A DNA stretch of 64,000 bases. Origin: Torpedo marmorata (lineage: Eukaryota). The DNA lies in the NCBI GenBank assembly GCA_977017645.1, contig OZ360224.1, forward strand, positions 181,412,001 through 181,476,000, in the 5' to 3' direction. A program made the position numbers and the translations under genes. The notes under the pieces were generated by a model, which saw nothing but the letters and a program-made list of their open reading frames with translations, had not been told where the DNA came from and did not search any database. Shown piece by piece: positions 61,759 through 64,000 of the stretch (the stretch's first letter is position 1; each line of letters opens with the position of its first letter).

Positions 61759-62685
61759 TGTAAGTGAGGAAACAGATTCGATAGGTCTCAAAAGCAAGGA
61801 CTCTGGACACAGTTTTGGTAGTAAAAGATTTTGTTTACAGAAAGCAAACGTGGGAAAATGGCAACAGAGGCAACAGACACACATACGCACAATTTACAGC
61901 AGCCGTGGGAAAAGTCGGATCAGCAATAAAACATCGCGGATAATTAATAACGAATGTGGGAAAATAGTAGCGGCAATGAAACAGCGCGCACAATTTAATA
62001 GCGAGCGTGGGAAAAGTCGGATCGGCAATAAAACACACGCGTACAGTTAATAACGAACATGGGAAAGTCGTGTGGGAACAAAGTACACACACACACACAC
62101 ACACATACAACAAACTGGGTACATACAATAATCAAGGAAAAATCAATACCCCTTGACTCAGAGCAGGCACGGCTCTATGCTACTAGGGAAACTAATTAAA
62201 TGCTCCCAACCCTATTAACAGTGCACATCTTACCAACAATTTCTCCAGCGCCCTTCCACGGGTCTAGGCCTGGAGTCAAGCAGGGTGGTCCCAAGCTGGC
62301 AAAGAGGGTGATTCAAGCACACGTGGCACCCTTTATAGTGCTGGAGGGCTGGGGGGTCCAGCCCAGGTCGTTAGCAGAGGGCCAATGGCTCAGTGCTAGC
62401 AAGGTTAATCCGATTACAACAGCCAATGGCCCAAGGCCAAGTGCAGGCAGGCTGGAGAGTCCAGCCCAGGAAATTTACAGGGGGCCAATGGCTCGGTGCC
62501 AGTAAGGCTAAGATGATTACAAAGGCCAATGGCCCAAGGCCAAGTACAAAGGAATTTAAATTGGCCAACGGCAAGGTGTGCACTAATGGGCAGGGCTGGG
62601 CCAAACCTTGATTGACAGGTGGTGTGTCCTCCGATTAGGTAGGGGGCAGTGCTGTCACGTGACAGCCACGACCCTTCACAATACA
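61759..62685 (-). mobile_element. 3' LTR of an LTR retroelement (ERV-L/class III-like PPT), with internal sequence to ~63550
   Basis: TGTA…TACA termini. PPT CCAAGGGGTGGAT immediately upstream (62686-62698, minus). TATAAA near 62332-62337 (minus), repeated CCAAT boxes in ~100-bp duplicated blocks, and U5-side tandem repeats (gtgggaaaa). Confidence 0.72.
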
Positions 62686-63559
62686 ATCCACCCCTTGGAA
62701 GTCACACCACTCACCAATCATTATGAAGACAATCAATAACTCTATGTACATGTTATAAGTAAAAACAAAAAAACATGTTTAAAAAAAAACGATACTAATC
62801 AAGCGGGTCAATATATACACAAGTGCCTTCCGTATGCTGGACAAGGCACATAGTCAAATTCAATGACAACACCTCACCAGTAGCCCCCCCACCACCTGAC
62901 CAAACGGGGTCGCTGTGTTACCGATGGAGCAGGGTGCTGTGGGAGCTGCTCCCCAGTGTCAGAGGGGAGGATAGAAAAAATAATTTTTGTCTGGTCACCG
63001 ACTCATATGCCTGGTTTCTCCGGCTTGGCTGGCAAATGTGAGCACCCTTACCACCAACGTCTGCGAGCAGGCAGTGCACGGTCATCCATCAGGTGCCAGA
63101 GCCCTCTCTTGGCTTGCGCATCCCGTGCCTTGGCCTCACGCTTGGGCGCTCCCTACGCACAGAGCCCAGGTGCCTGTCACAATGCTATCCCGTGGTGAGG
63201 CAGGGGGGCAGGTATACATCCAGGGTGTATCCGGAGCGCCCCGTTTTTCTGTGCTGTTGTTTGACACCAGGATGCCGTTCCTGCTCGCGCTCTCTTCAAA
63301 CGGGTGCCACAAGTGCATGTGTTGGATCCCTGTAACGATAGCCAGGAGGAGTCGGGACCGAAAGCCAGCCAATTTAGTGTTTTTAAATAAACGCTCCCGA
63401 AGCCCCCACCCCATGAGGTGTTTATTTGTTAATGGGTGTTGTGGGGTGATGCTGTCATTGTGAAACAAAATATATACAATGTTTCCTACCATGGTCTGAT
63501 CAATGACGGTCCACTTACAAACTGTAACTTTGCATCCAGAAACTGCAATTATGAATCTA

Positions 63560-63670
63560 TAAATTGTAACTATACTGTAAATGTATAAATTGTAATGTTT
63601 GCACTATGATGCTGCCGCAAAACACCGAATTTCATGACTTGTTCATGACTATAAATTCTGATTCTGATTC
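63560..63670 (+). mobile_element. Rex1 3' tail
   Basis: Nearly identical to 8855-8932 (atgtttgcactatgatgctgccgcaaaacaccgaatttcatgacttgttcatgac…ctgattc). Confidence 0.85.
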
Positions 63671-63759
63671 AATTTCTCGGAGTGTGCTTGGAGACATTAT
63701 GCATAGTAAATACCACAGCTCAGGGTGCCATTAAAACAATGTCCATTACAAAGGTTGTA

Positions 63760-64000
63760 CAGGTGCTTATCCTTTTATCCGAAATTCCAAAAACCTCCAA
63801 CTACCGAACATTTTTTTCAGTATATTTTCAGGTGTTTAGCTTAGTTTGAGCCAGTTAATGTTTGAAGTTTTACTGTGTTTTACTTAAAAATAAAAAGTAC
63901 GCTAGTAATTTTATGGTCTATCTTTATCTCACTTCATTTACCACCACCCCCACCCCCGTCCAGCGTCGCCGCGAACCCCCCCGTCCAGTGCTGCCGCGAA
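63760..64000. mobile_element. Probable left end of a Tigger-like DNA transposon, running off the window
   Basis: TA followed by CAGGTGCTTATCCTTTTATCCGAAA, then a GC-rich tandem repeat ccccgtccagcgtcgccgcgaa like the interior of the 14279-16972 MITE. The other TIR is not visible. Confidence 0.45.

Overview
Eukaryotic vertebrate genomic DNA. The repeat content (HE1-like V-SINEs, SacSINE/Deu-type SINEs, CR1, Rex1/Babar, Penelope-like elements) points to a cartilaginous fish, probably a ray (inference). The only host gene I can support is EYS (eyes shut homolog) on the minus strand. It has five intact GT-AG coding exons (54532-54366, 46804-46660, 20517-20343, 14201-14029, 701-540) that splice in frame into a laminin-G / EGF / EGF / laminin-G stretch. 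Everything else is intronic and mostly transposon-derived. The most unusual structure is an ~18.7 kb nested complex at 27560-46245. A degenerate hammerhead-bearing Penelope terminal repeat appears to have had a 34-36 bp segment amplified into a ~5.8 kb minisatellite. Two different L1 elements entered this array at nearly the same repeat register. One L1 carries a solo 146-bp hammerhead unit with its own TSD. The other carries an RT-less class I ERV, which in turn holds a non-autonomous retroelement. Also present: a hairpin-extended partial copy of an EYS exon, a fold-back at a CR1 5' junction, a solo LTR, an ERV-L-like LTR, and several MITEs. Family names and comparisons to human EYS come from remembered consensus sequences, not database searches.
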